Positions 34,966 to 44,735 of a DNA stretch of 64,000 nucleotides are shown piece after piece. How positions within the stretch are numbered: the first letter of the stretch is position 1; each line of letters begins with the position of its first letter. Under the pieces are notes generated by a model. The model saw only the letters and a program-made list of their open reading frames with translations. It had not been told where the DNA came from and did no database searches. Source of the DNA: an uncultured candidate division Zixibacteria bacterium (GTDB lineage Bacteria; Zixibacteria; MSB-5A5; GN15; FEB-12); NCBI GenBank assembly GCA_963664195.1, contig OY760907.1, forward strand, positions 3,456,001 through 3,520,000, written 5' to 3'. A program made the translations under genes and the position numbers.

Positions 34966-36819
34966 ATGACCTCAATACCGATAACGACTTCTCCCGTGAT
35001 CCGGCTCACAATATCACTGTGTATTCTCCTGCTGGCCGGAACCGTATGGGCTGAAACCGAAAAAGCTCCGGAGGACTGGTGCGGTACGATGAAAGTCTAC
35101 GAGCAGAAACATTTGAAGCAGTTCGGGCGTGCCCCGGAAGACTGCCCCGTCAACGGCGACTGTGACTTCCCCGCCACTCGTGACGGTTGGATTCCCGACT
35201 CGCTGACGGCCCCCATGTACCTTCGAGCCGTCGTTCACATCTTCCGCGAAGACGACGGTCAGAACCCAACGACTACCGAAGAAGAGGTTTGGATCCAGAT
35301 CGCTGAATTGAACGCAGACTATGCGCAGGTGGGCATCCAGTTCGTGGTAACACTGGATTACATCAACTCCACCGAGTGGCGCAATCTGGAGGAGAGCGAA
35401 ATCGACGACATGAAAATCGCCACGGCGATCGCGCCGGACAGTTGCCTGAACGTCTGGATCCCCCACGTTGAATTCAATTACTCCTTCGGCACCTTCCCCT
35501 GGAGTTTCGACGCTAAGGAGGCCACCGGCGGAATCGTTATGGGTCAGTTTCATTGGGGCGCTCGGCCGAACAGCGTGTTCGCGCACGAGGTTGGACACTG
35601 TCTCGGCCTCTGGCACATGTTCCACGGAGTCGATGAAGTTGACCAGTGCGGCGATTGTTACGAATCGCCGGGGCTGTCACCTGACACCGGGGATATTGTC
35701 GGCGACTTCTGTTCTGACACTCCTCCGGGACCGCTCAACCGTTCTTGTTCAAACTCCTCTGGTGCCGATTCGTGCAGCGGACTGGACTGGGGATACACGA
35801 TGCCCGAAAACTACATGGGCTATGCCGAGGAACAATGTTTGACAACTTTCACTCCGCAACAACGCGGACGGATTCGCTGCTGGGTAAACTACCTCGATAC
35901 GTGGCTGCTCCCCTTCAAAGCAGAAGCAACCAACAACTTTGGACCGGCCCCGATCGAGGCTGATTTCGCCGTGACCAGCCACAAGTCGGTCACTTCGTGG
36001 CTCTGGGACTTTGGCGACAGTACAACCTCAACACAGGACACGGTCAGCCATGTTTTCACAGATCCCGGCTTCTATACAGTGACAATTGATGTCGAAACGC
36101 CGGATGAAACTTACCAGGGTGTCTATCCCGGTATGGTCGCAGCCTACGCCGACACGCTTAGTTTCGATGCTCCTGTGGTTGAAGCAGGCGAGCCGCTCAA
36201 GGTGGACATTCTCTGCCACAACTACCTGCCGTTGAAGGAGATCAACCTGCCATTCTCGTTCGGCGGTCCCTTCGGTCTGGTATACGACTCTTTCTCCACC
36301 GCCGGCCTTCGCACGGAATACTTCGACCTGCAAAATCAAGTTAACTACGACTACTTCAATAATCGCGCGGCCATCGCCTTGAATTGCTCAAACAGCGGCT
36401 CCCAGCCCTACCTTGAACCGGGCGCAGGGCCGGTCGTCAGCCTCTGGTTCACCGTACCGAGCGGCACTTTGAGCGGCGAGAATCCAATTGAACTGCTCTC
36501 CTACTCGGGCTTCGAACCGGAGTTGGTCACATACGCCGGATCATATCCACCGGCCACAATCGCGGGCAGTCTGGCCCCTGATCCGTCGTGCTGCACGGGC
36601 CCTTCCGTGGGCAATGTCGACGGTTCTCCTGACAATCTGATCACCATGGGCGACCTGTCTGCACTGATTGATCACGTGTTCATCAGTCTCGCACCGCTGG
36701 CGTGTCCCGTCGAGGCCAACGTCGACATGAGTGAGGACGGGCTCGCGTCGATGTCTGACATCACAACGCTGATTGACCATCTCTTCATTTCGTTTTCGCC
36801 GCTCCCTCCGTGTCCGTGA
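34966..36819 (+). CDS. M43 (pappalysin/ulilysin-like) zinc metalloprotease 1 + PKD + cohesin-like + dockerin-like
   Basis: Signal peptide, WCGT Cys-switch, HEVGHCLGLWH, Met-turn NYMGY, WDFGD PKD motif. Confidence 0.9.
   Translation: MTSIPITTSPVIRLTISLCILLLAGTVWAETEKAPEDWCGTMKVYEQKHLKQFGRAPEDCPVNGDCDFPATRDGWIPDSLTAPMYLRAVVHIFREDDGQNPTTTEEEVWIQIAELNADYAQVGIQFVVTLDYINSTEWRNLEESEIDDMKIATAIAPDSCLNVWIPHVEFNYSFGTFPWSFDAKEATGGIVMGQFHWGARPNSVFAHEVGHCLGLWHMFHGVDEVDQCGDCYESPGLSPDTGDIVGDFCSDTPPGPLNRSCSNSSGADSCSGLDWGYTMPENYMGYAEEQCLTTFTPQQRGRIRCWVNYLDTWLLPFKAEATNNFGPAPIEADFAVTSHKSVTSWLWDFGDSTTSTQDTVSHVFTDPGFYTVTIDVETPDETYQGVYPGMVAAYADTLSFDAPVVEAGEPLKVDILCHNYLPLKEINLPFSFGGPFGLVYDSFSTAGLRTEYFDLQNQVNYDYFNNRAAIALNCSNSGSQPYLEPGAGPVVSLWFTVPSGTLSGENPIELLSYSGFEPELVTYAGSYPPATIAGSLAPDPSCCTGPSVGNVDGSPDNLITMGDLSALIDHVFISLAPLACPVEANVDMSEDGLASMSDITTLIDHLFISFSPLPPCP
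36589..36819 (+). repeat. Dockerin-like module, copy 3
   Basis: Same 76-aa module, the most divergent copy. Confidence 0.9.
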
Positions 36820-36847
36820 CCCGATCGCAGGCTTTCTGTGTGAGTTC

Positions 36848-36880
36848 AGCCGCCGGCTCTTGTGTCGGCGGCTTCCATTT
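36848..36880 (+). terminator. Intrinsic terminator
   Basis: AGCCGCCGGC/GTCGGCGGCT hairpin plus T-rich tail. Confidence 0.6.
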
Positions 36881-37179
36881 TGTATTAAATGGAGTCACAG
36901 AACCCATCTTTGTAAATCCGGAAGGACACTCGTCAAACACACACCAAAGCAACAGCTAACGTATTATAATAACACCGCATAGCGACGATCCTTAAAGCCC
37001 CGCACAACCTGACAAAGCGCTTATCAGGAATGTCTGGATGTCATAAATCTTCTTGCTAAAGCTAAATATAATACTATATTGGGAACGATTGTATACTGCG
37101 TACGGTTACCCCAACAGAAACTCTCGAGCGCACAGCGAGGGTTCGATAATCCTGCGACATTGAAAGAAAGGACCCGGAA

Positions 37180-39045
37180 ATGTCTCTGAGGACACCGACT
37201 ATACTTGTGAGAAACACCCTTCTTCTGGTTGTGTTTTCCCTATTGCTATCTTCTCTGCCTACTCTGACCCTTGCTGAGACTCCCGCCGGGGACTGGTGCT
37301 ATACGCAGGTCTTCTACGCTGAAAAAGTCGCCAACAACCCACTTCTCAGAGATCCTGAAGCCTGCTTCCAGTATAGCCTGTGCGACTACCCGGAAGAGCG
37401 TGATGATTGGGTCCCGGCAGTCGACAAGCCGATCACCTACATCCGCCTGTATTTCCATCTTTTCGCCAATGACGACGGGTCGAGCCCGGCTGCGACAGCC
37501 GACGATGTCGCAGAACAGGTCAACGCGCTCAACACCGATTATCTCCCGTATCGCATCCAGTTCGAGTACCTGGTGGATTCGGCCAATTCGACGCAATTCC
37601 GCTGGATTACTTCAACAAGTGAATTCGATCAGATGAAAAACGCCTACGCGATTTCACCCGACGAATATCTCAATATCTTTGTGGTCGATGTCAATATTAA
37701 CGGTTCTGTATACTCCTTTGCCACCTTCCCCTGGGACGGCGACGTCACTTCAAACACAGGCGGCATCGTCATGAACGACAGTCAGTTCTGGCCGCAAGAT
37801 GCCGGCACTCTGCCACACGAAATGGGTCATGCACTGGGACTCTGGCACACCCACCACGGTGTCTCGGAGGTCAGTCAGTGCGGCGCCTGCTACGAGTCCG
37901 TGGGAGCCTCTGACCGTGACTATACCGGCGACTTCTGCTCCGACACCGATCCAACCCCGACAAACTACGCGTGCAACGGTCCGGGGGGAACGGACCCGTG
38001 CTCGGGATCCGACTGGGGACCAACCGATCCGCAGAACTACATGGGCTACGCCCCGTCATTCTGCTATACAGAATTCTCAACTCAGCAGTCCGGCAGAATG
38101 CATTGCTGGATAAACGAAGAACTGCTCGGGTGGACCATCCCGCTGGCCATCAGCGGGACGAACACTTTCGGAGCTGCGCCGCTCACCGTTGATTTCGACG
38201 CCGCCACGCCGCGCACGGTCACTGACTGGGCGTGGAACTTTGGCGACGGCGGTGCTGCCGGCGTCCAGAGTCCCACCCACGACTATGCACCAGGCTATTA
38301 TAATGTGGGCCTCACCATCACAACTCCGCAAGGTCCTTTCTCCGAAGTCATCGAGGGTATGGTCTCCGCCTACGCCGACACCATGTGGATTGAGCAGGTT
38401 GAAGGCGAAGCTGGAGAAGTAGTGAAGGTTGATGTCTACGCGCAGCATTACCTCCCGCTCAAAGAGATCACGATACCTTTCGGTTTTGCCGGTCCTCTTG
38501 GCATCGTCTACGACTCCTTCTCCACCGCCGGAACGAGAACCGACTACTTCGATATCAAGAGTCAGGTGAACTATGACTTCTTCAACGACCGTGCCGCCGT
38601 GTATTTGAACTGCTCCAACAGTGGGACTCAGCCTTACCTCTCCCCCGGTAGCGGTCCGATAGCCAGCCTCTGGTTCACAATCCCCGGAGGAGCACCCAGC
38701 GGAGAGAATCCAATCAACTTGATCTCGTACAACGGCTTTGACCCGGAGTACACGAGCTATGCGGGCACCTATCAGCCCGTCGCCAACGATGGCTTTGTCC
38801 TCCTGGACCCCAGTTGTTGCACAGGCCCCTCGGTCGGCAACGTCGATGCCTCTCCTGACAACCAGGTGACCATGGGCGACCTCACGGTGTTGATCGATCA
38901 TTTGTTCATATCGCTCGAACCGCTGGCATGTGATGTCGAAGGCAACGTTGACGGAAGTCTCGACGGTCAGGTGACCATGGGTGACCTTACGATACTGATA
39001 GACCATCTCTTCATCAGCCTGTCGCCGCTGATGCCCTGTCCGTAG
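37180..39045 (+). CDS. M43 zinc metalloprotease 2 + PKD + cohesin-like + dockerin-like
   Basis: WCYT, HEMGHALGLWH, NYMGY, WNFGDG. Confidence 0.9.
   Translation: MSLRTPTILVRNTLLLVVFSLLLSSLPTLTLAETPAGDWCYTQVFYAEKVANNPLLRDPEACFQYSLCDYPEERDDWVPAVDKPITYIRLYFHLFANDDGSSPAATADDVAEQVNALNTDYLPYRIQFEYLVDSANSTQFRWITSTSEFDQMKNAYAISPDEYLNIFVVDVNINGSVYSFATFPWDGDVTSNTGGIVMNDSQFWPQDAGTLPHEMGHALGLWHTHHGVSEVSQCGACYESVGASDRDYTGDFCSDTDPTPTNYACNGPGGTDPCSGSDWGPTDPQNYMGYAPSFCYTEFSTQQSGRMHCWINEELLGWTIPLAISGTNTFGAAPLTVDFDAATPRTVTDWAWNFGDGGAAGVQSPTHDYAPGYYNVGLTITTPQGPFSEVIEGMVSAYADTMWIEQVEGEAGEVVKVDVYAQHYLPLKEITIPFGFAGPLGIVYDSFSTAGTRTDYFDIKSQVNYDFFNDRAAVYLNCSNSGTQPYLSPGSGPIASLWFTIPGGAPSGENPINLISYNGFDPEYTSYAGTYQPVANDGFVLLDPSCCTGPSVGNVDASPDNQVTMGDLTVLIDHLFISLEPLACDVEGNVDGSLDGQVTMGDLTILIDHLFISLSPLMPCP
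38815..39045 (+). repeat. Dockerin-like module, copy 4
   Basis: Same 76-aa module. Confidence 0.9.
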
Positions 39046-39097
39046 ACAGGGATCTAGGCGGCAGCCGGCATTGCTATAGGATAACAGGGAGTGTTAT

Positions 39098-40966
39098 ATG
39101 AACATAATTGGACACAGAAACCATACTTTACGGGCCGCCTTACTCATCGTTGCCATTGCAGTGATGATTCCCTCCTCGGGACAGACCCAGGAATCAATCG
39201 CTTACGGCAAGAGCGGCGAGAACTGGTGCGGAACCGACATCCGTTGGAAGGAAAAGATCGCAATTGATCCGCTGGCGTCGCCCGAAGCCTGCAGTCAGTA
39301 CGGCATTTGCGACGACCCGTCGTATCGAGGCCTGTGGATCCCGGACGGGGAAACGCCTTTGGTGAATGTCCGCCTCGTCGTACATCTCCTGAGAAACGAT
39401 GATGGCTCCAACGCGATCTCTTCAGATGCCACCGCACTTTCTCAAATCGACAATCTGAATTACGACTATGCGGCGGCCGGCATTCAGTTTGTCCCCACTA
39501 TTAATCACGTCAACTCGACCGCGTGGCGCACGCTGTCAGAAAACGAAATCAACGCCATGAAGAACGCGACCGCTATTCAGCCGGATTCGCAGCTTAACAT
39601 GTGGGTTACACAGGTTGATTTCGGTTATTCGTTTGGCACGTTTCCGTGGGATAACGACGCCCTCGGCAACACGGGCGGAATTGTGGTTGGGAGCTTCCAC
39701 TGGACCGGCAGCGGCAATTCAGTCGTTGCTCACGAGGTCGGCCACTGCCTCGGCCTGATGCATACGTTCAACGGTGTGACCGAGGTCACGGAATGTGGTC
39801 CCTGCTATGAATACGTCGGCGCTCCAGATGCCGACCTTCTCGGCGATCGCTGCGATGATACTCCTCCTGGCCCGATTTATTATAATTGTGGCAACACGGG
39901 CGGCACCGACGCATGTAGCGGGGAACCCTGGGGGTACACGATGCCCGAAAACTACATGAGTTACGCCCCCCAGTGGTGCTATGACACGTTTACGCCAAAA
40001 CAACAGGGGCGGATGCGCTGTTGGCTGGACGACCACCTGTCGTCCTGGATCGAGGGTGTCAAGTTCACAGCAACAAACACATTCGGGTCAGCTCCCCTTG
40101 AAGTAATGTTCGAGGCTACTGCAACTCGTGCGGTCAGTTCGTGGTCCTGGGATTTCGGTGATGGCACCGGCTCTGGCATGCAGTCGCCCGATCATACGTA
40201 TTCCGAACCCGGCCTTTACTCGGTATCGGTTACGGCGGAAACAGACGGCGGGCCGTACACGTCGCTGCAGCCCGAATTGGTCGCGGTTCACGGTGACACT
40301 ATGCGGGTAGATTCTGTCCAGTACGTCCAGGGTGAGCCGCTGACTGTTGAGATTCTCGTCGATAACTTCATCTCTGTCCAGGAGATATTGATCCCCTTTG
40401 GTTGGGCGGGACCGTACGATCTGACCTTTGACTCGGCTACCACCGCAGGATTGCGGACCGAGAACTTCAGTTATCACACCCTGCTCAACTACGACTTCTT
40501 TAACGACCGCGCCACGATCCTCCTGCGCTCAACCGGGTCTGGCGTTGATCCTTTACTCGCGCCCGGCTCAGGCCCCGTGCTGGCGCTTCACTTCACAGCC
40601 AACGAGGTTTCGTCAGGGATCAACCCCATCTCCTTTGCAAGCTACAACGGCAACGAACCCGGCTTCGTTGCCCCGGGCGGAGCGTATGTCCCCACACTCT
40701 ACAATGGCGCCATTACGTTCCAGCCACAGGCCGGCTGCTGTGATGGACCGTCCGTGGGAAATGTAGATGGCTCGCCAGACAATATTGTGACGATGGGCGA
40801 CTTGACGGTCCTGATCGACCACCTGTTCATCAGCCTGTCCCCTCTTCTGTGCACAGACGAGGGCAATGTCGACATGACTCCCGACGGTCTCGTGACGATG
40901 GGTGACTTGAGCGTACTGATTGACCACTTGTTCATCAGCCTCGATCCGCTTTCTCCCTGTCCGTAA
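39098..40966 (+). CDS. M43 zinc metalloprotease 3 + PKD + cohesin-like + dockerin-like
   Basis: WCGT, HEVGHCLGLMH, NYMSY, WDFGDG. Confidence 0.9.
   Translation: MNIIGHRNHTLRAALLIVAIAVMIPSSGQTQESIAYGKSGENWCGTDIRWKEKIAIDPLASPEACSQYGICDDPSYRGLWIPDGETPLVNVRLVVHLLRNDDGSNAISSDATALSQIDNLNYDYAAAGIQFVPTINHVNSTAWRTLSENEINAMKNATAIQPDSQLNMWVTQVDFGYSFGTFPWDNDALGNTGGIVVGSFHWTGSGNSVVAHEVGHCLGLMHTFNGVTEVTECGPCYEYVGAPDADLLGDRCDDTPPGPIYYNCGNTGGTDACSGEPWGYTMPENYMSYAPQWCYDTFTPKQQGRMRCWLDDHLSSWIEGVKFTATNTFGSAPLEVMFEATATRAVSSWSWDFGDGTGSGMQSPDHTYSEPGLYSVSVTAETDGGPYTSLQPELVAVHGDTMRVDSVQYVQGEPLTVEILVDNFISVQEILIPFGWAGPYDLTFDSATTAGLRTENFSYHTLLNYDFFNDRATILLRSTGSGVDPLLAPGSGPVLALHFTANEVSSGINPISFASYNGNEPGFVAPGGAYVPTLYNGAITFQPQAGCCDGPSVGNVDGSPDNIVTMGDLTVLIDHLFISLSPLLCTDEGNVDMTPDGLVTMGDLSVLIDHLFISLDPLSPCP
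40736..40966 (+). repeat. Dockerin-like module, copy 5
   Basis: Same 76-aa module. Confidence 0.9.
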
Positions 40967-41232
40967 GCGGCGCCACGACAATGCCGAATACTCAGCGGGC
41001 CGCAGTCACTCAGGTGATTGCGGCTCTTTTGTTTCACCTCGTGATATCCCGGTTAATCGAGCCACTATTCCAATTATGATCTTGACCCATTGTGACAAAC
41101 ACTTTATATTGTCCTTATCATCACGAGACATCTTACCAGACACATATTCAACCATAAGGTACTTGTTATAGTCCTATCGCCAACGTGAATCGTCCGTACT
41201 GGTAACCTCACATTCTAATCGGGAGAAGCCCT

Positions 41233-43401
41233 ATGATTCTCTTCAGGTTGTTCTTCACGTTGTCCGTACTCTTGCTCACGTCACTGTCGGTCTTGACGCC
41301 GGCACCTGTCTTCTCGCAGGACAGGGTAGAGTACTTGAGCAGTTGTCTCTGGTCCGATTTCGATCTGTACGACGTCCGGGTTGACGGCGACTTTGCATTC
41401 GCTGCCTGCTACGAAGGACTGATGGTCTTCGATTTGCACGACCCTGCGAACCCGGAGCCATTGTCATTGGTCCCCTTACCTCGTCGTCCCCTGTCACTCC
41501 GCCTTCACGACGGCAACGCTTTCTTAGCGGTGCAGTCCGGCAGCTTACAGATTGTAGACATCTCCGACCCCACAGCGCTCTCAATTGCCGGGAGTTATGA
41601 AATCGGAAGCCCGGCAGTGGACCTTCACATAGCAGACGGGATTGCGTACATTTCGGCCATAAACGACGAGCGGGTCGTTCTTATGAACATCGAGGACCCG
41701 TCGAATCCTGTGTGGATCAGTAACTACTTCTGTTCCGACATCGGCAGTCCGACTGGCATGGACCTCTCAGACGGGTTGCTGTACGTTGCAAAGGACGGAT
41801 GGTCCGAGTATCCAGGCGGTCTTGAGATCGTCGACGTGAGCAATCCCGCGGCTCCATTCCTGGTCAGCACGTATGACTCCGCAATTGTCGGCTACAGCGT
41901 CACTTCCGCCTTTGTGAGAGACAGTATCGTTTTCATAGGCGGAGACTACTTGTCTCTGGGCGTTGTGAATGCCGCAAACCCCGCCGCACCGACGCAAGTA
42001 GACAATTTCCAGCCTTTCCCAAGTCCGGCGTGGCACCACCACCTCTTCGTCGACGATGACCACGCTTACGCCACTGCCGATTTCTGGACCTCCGGCTATG
42101 ACACGAGTCTATACGTGTTGAACATCTCAGACGCAGCCAACCCGTTCGTCGAGGGTCGCTTCGCAACACGGGGGCCATCCGTCCGTGCCTGCGCGGAAGA
42201 CACGATAGTGTTTCTCTGTAACACCGTCAGCACCTACGGACCGCCGTCACGGAAGGGCTTGCAGATTGTCAACGTCGCCGATCCCACGCATCCGACGGAG
42301 ATCGGCCATTACGACATTCCAGCAAGTCTGTCGAAAGACGTTTTCGTCAACGGCAGAACAGCCTTCGTGAGCAGCACAGGAGACAGCGTCGGCGCCTTCG
42401 ACATTGTCGATTTCAGCGATCGGAGCCGTCCGATACACGTTGGGTCGTACAGGGCACCACATGGAACGGTGGATTCCTACGTATCGAACGATCACGCTTT
42501 CCTTGCTGCTGGAGATTCCGGGCTGTTGATCCTGGACATCTCTGATCCATCGCTGCCCATACTAGCGGGTAGTTTCAGCACGGGAGGCAACGTTGCCAGC
42601 GTAGCCGTCGCCGATGACCGGGCCTGCATCACGGATGTCGATAGCGGATTCTACGTACTGGACGTGGGGAATCCCTCCAGTCCCAAAGAGATCGGCCGGG
42701 CCGACTCGGCAAGCTACGCCCGGGACGTTGCCATTAGAGATTCACTGGCCTTCGTGCTGGACAATTGGCGTTTGGAAGTCTATTCGATCATCGGACCGGC
42801 AGCACCTCAACTCGTCGGTTGGTGCACCACCCTTCGAAACGCCACTCGCCTCTGTCTGCACGACGACTTCGCGTTCACGACTGACGGTGATCTGCAGATA
42901 TACAACATAAGTGATCCTGCCAACATGGCTCTCGTCGGGACTTACGTGACGCCGGGCACCGCTTCCGGCGTAGCGGTTCAAGACACCCTGGCGTTCGTCG
43001 CCGACGGAAGCTCACAGATTCTTGTCTTCAACATCAGCGACCCGACCGCGCCTGCACTCATAGATTCCTGCGAAACCCCGGACAATACGCAGGACATCGC
43101 AATCCAGGGAAACACCATTCTTGTGGCCGACCTCACCAGTCTCCTGCTTCTGACCACGGACTATCTCGGTTGTTGCACGGGAATGTCAGTGGGCAATGTC
43201 GACGGCTCGGCAGACGATTTGGTGACGATGAGCGACTTAACGGTCTTGATCGACCACCTCTTTATTGGACTCACCCCACTTGAATGCACGGGCGAAGGCA
43301 ATATTGATATGAGTCCCGACGGTCTCGTGACGATGGGGGATCTGACTGTTCTGATTGATCACTTGTTCATCAGCCTCGATCCACTCCCGTCCTGTCCCTA
43401 G
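41233..43401 (+). CDS. Secreted LVIVD-repeat beta-propeller protein with dockerin-like module
   Basis: Repeated AFxAxxxxGLxIxDISDPxxP motifs; signal peptide. Confidence 0.88.
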   Translation: MILFRLFFTLSVLLLTSLSVLTPAPVFSQDRVEYLSSCLWSDFDLYDVRVDGDFAFAACYEGLMVFDLHDPANPEPLSLVPLPRRPLSLRLHDGNAFLAVQSGSLQIVDISDPTALSIAGSYEIGSPAVDLHIADGIAYISAINDERVVLMNIEDPSNPVWISNYFCSDIGSPTGMDLSDGLLYVAKDGWSEYPGGLEIVDVSNPAAPFLVSTYDSAIVGYSVTSAFVRDSIVFIGGDYLSLGVVNAANPAAPTQVDNFQPFPSPAWHHHLFVDDDHAYATADFWTSGYDTSLYVLNISDAANPFVEGRFATRGPSVRACAEDTIVFLCNTVSTYGPPSRKGLQIVNVADPTHPTEIGHYDIPASLSKDVFVNGRTAFVSSTGDSVGAFDIVDFSDRSRPIHVGSYRAPHGTVDSYVSNDHAFLAAGDSGLLILDISDPSLPILAGSFSTGGNVASVAVADDRACITDVDSGFYVLDVGNPSSPKEIGRADSASYARDVAIRDSLAFVLDNWRLEVYSIIGPAAPQLVGWCTTLRNATRLCLHDDFAFTTDGDLQIYNISDPANMALVGTYVTPGTASGVAVQDTLAFVADGSSQILVFNISDPTAPALIDSCETPDNTQDIAIQGNTILVADLTSLLLLTTDYLGCCTGMSVGNVDGSADDLVTMSDLTVLIDHLFIGLTPLECTGEGNIDMSPDGLVTMGDLTVLIDHLFISLDPLPSCP
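43171..43401 (+). repeat. Dockerin-like module, copy 6
   Basis: Same 76-aa module. Confidence 0.9.
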
Positions 43402-43418
43402 GCGGTCAGCAGACAACG

Positions 43419-43450
43419 ACGGCCCATCCGTGCGATGGGCCGTTTTCTCT
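43419..43450 (+). terminator. Intrinsic terminator
   Basis: ACGGCCCATC/GATGGGCCGT hairpin plus TTTCTCTT. Confidence 0.7.
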
Positions 43451-43531
43451 TGCGCGGAATGAGCCAGGAGGTGTAGGCTTCCCCCCAATTCCCCTCTTGC
43501 TTCCTCCGCCAAACAAGATATATTACGCCGT

Positions 43532-43873
43532 ATGCCGTCAGTATTCACCCGAATCATCAAGCGCGAGATCCCGGCCAAAATCTTCCACGAGACCAAGGAT
43601 GTCATCGTGATTGCCGACCATCGGCCCAGAAAACCGGTCCATCTGCTCATCATACATAAGGAAGAGTACCAGAATTTCCAGGAAACCCCGCCTGAGATCA
43701 TGTCCGTCTTGTGCGAAACAGCCAAGGAAGTCGCCAACAAACTTGGCATCCCGGATCACTACCAAATCGCCATAAACAACGGCTACGGGCAGGAAATCGA
43801 CCATATTCACCTGCATTTCCTGTCAAATCGGGGGATTGACAAACTCGTTTTCGAGTCAGAAGAAGTCGAATAA
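43532..43873 (+). CDS. HIT family (HinT-like) nucleotide hydrolase
   Basis: FTRIIKREIPA; GQEIDHIHLHFL histidine triad. Confidence 0.9.
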   Translation: MPSVFTRIIKREIPAKIFHETKDVIVIADHRPRKPVHLLIIHKEEYQNFQETPPEIMSVLCETAKEVANKLGIPDHYQIAINNGYGQEIDHIHLHFLSNRGIDKLVFESEEVE

Positions 43874-44028
43874 ACCGTTCTGTTGTGCGGCTAATATTAC
43901 TTTGCGGCCGATCCACCGTTGACAAAGGGATCCGAATTCCGTATCATATTTAGCTCTGGTATCTTGGATACCGGCTACAAGTATGTCCGAACTACGAACA
44001 ATTAAGCACCCGAAGGGGGTGAAGTTAA

Positions 44029-44226
44029 TTGACCGGTGTTAGAGTAAGGGATGACGAATCGTTTGAAAGAGCGTTGAGACGTTTCAATAAATTCTGTGAG
44101 AAGTCTGGTGTTCTCTCGGATTACAAGAAGCATCAGCACTACGAAAAACCGTCTGAGACCAAGAAACGGAAAATGGCCGCAGCCCGTCGTAAGTCACGCC
44201 GCAACAGGTTCTTAGACAAGCACTAG
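44029..44226 (+). CDS. rpsU: 30S ribosomal protein S21
   Basis: ESFERALRRF..HYEKPS; TTG start with GGGGGTG RBS. Confidence 0.97.
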   Translation: MTGVRVRDDESFERALRRFNKFCEKSGVLSDYKKHQHYEKPSETKKRKMAAARRKSRRNRFLDKH

Positions 44227-44234
44227 ACGGTTAC

Positions 44235-44681
44235 ATGTCGATTATCGAACGAATTGACAAAGAGACTATTGAGGCCCTGAAGGCGGGCGAGAAAGCTCGA
44301 GTTACTGTCCTTCGGGGCCTTAAGTCTGATCTAAAATACAAACAGATCAATCTGGGCAAAGAACTCACCGAACAACAGGTGCAGGATGTCCTGACCAGCT
44401 GTGGGAAAAAACGACGCGAATCGATCGAACAATTCCGGTCCGCGGGACGCGAAGATCTTGCCGTCAAGGAAGAATTCGAGTTGACCGTGATTTCTGCCTA
44501 TTTGCCTGAACAGATGTCCGAGGATGAAGTGCGTGAGTTGGTTTCCGAGGCGATCAAGGAATCCGGGGCTGATTCTCCGCAGAAGATGGGGCTGGTCATG
44601 AAGGTCCTGATGCCCAAAGTCAAGGGCAGAGCCGACGGCAAACTGGTCAGCAAATTGGTCACAGAATTGCTTGCAAAGTGA
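44235..44681 (+). CDS. GatB/YqeY domain protein
   Basis: KKRRESIEQF..GREDL, YLPEQMS, MGLVMK..KGRADGK. Confidence 0.92.
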   Translation: MSIIERIDKETIEALKAGEKARVTVLRGLKSDLKYKQINLGKELTEQQVQDVLTSCGKKRRESIEQFRSAGREDLAVKEEFELTVISAYLPEQMSEDEVRELVSEAIKESGADSPQKMGLVMKVLMPKVKGRADGKLVSKLVTELLAK

Positions 44682-44735
44682 TCTAAAAACTCTCTATCTT
44701 TTTACACCAAGCTAACCTATCGCAGGGAGTGCTGT

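Noticed and set aside
19219..43401. Dockerin-module repeats as a CRISPR array, IS element or DGR template/variable repeats
   Set aside because: All copies are in-frame coding C-termini with mostly synonymous differences; no spacers, inverted ends or reverse transcriptase.
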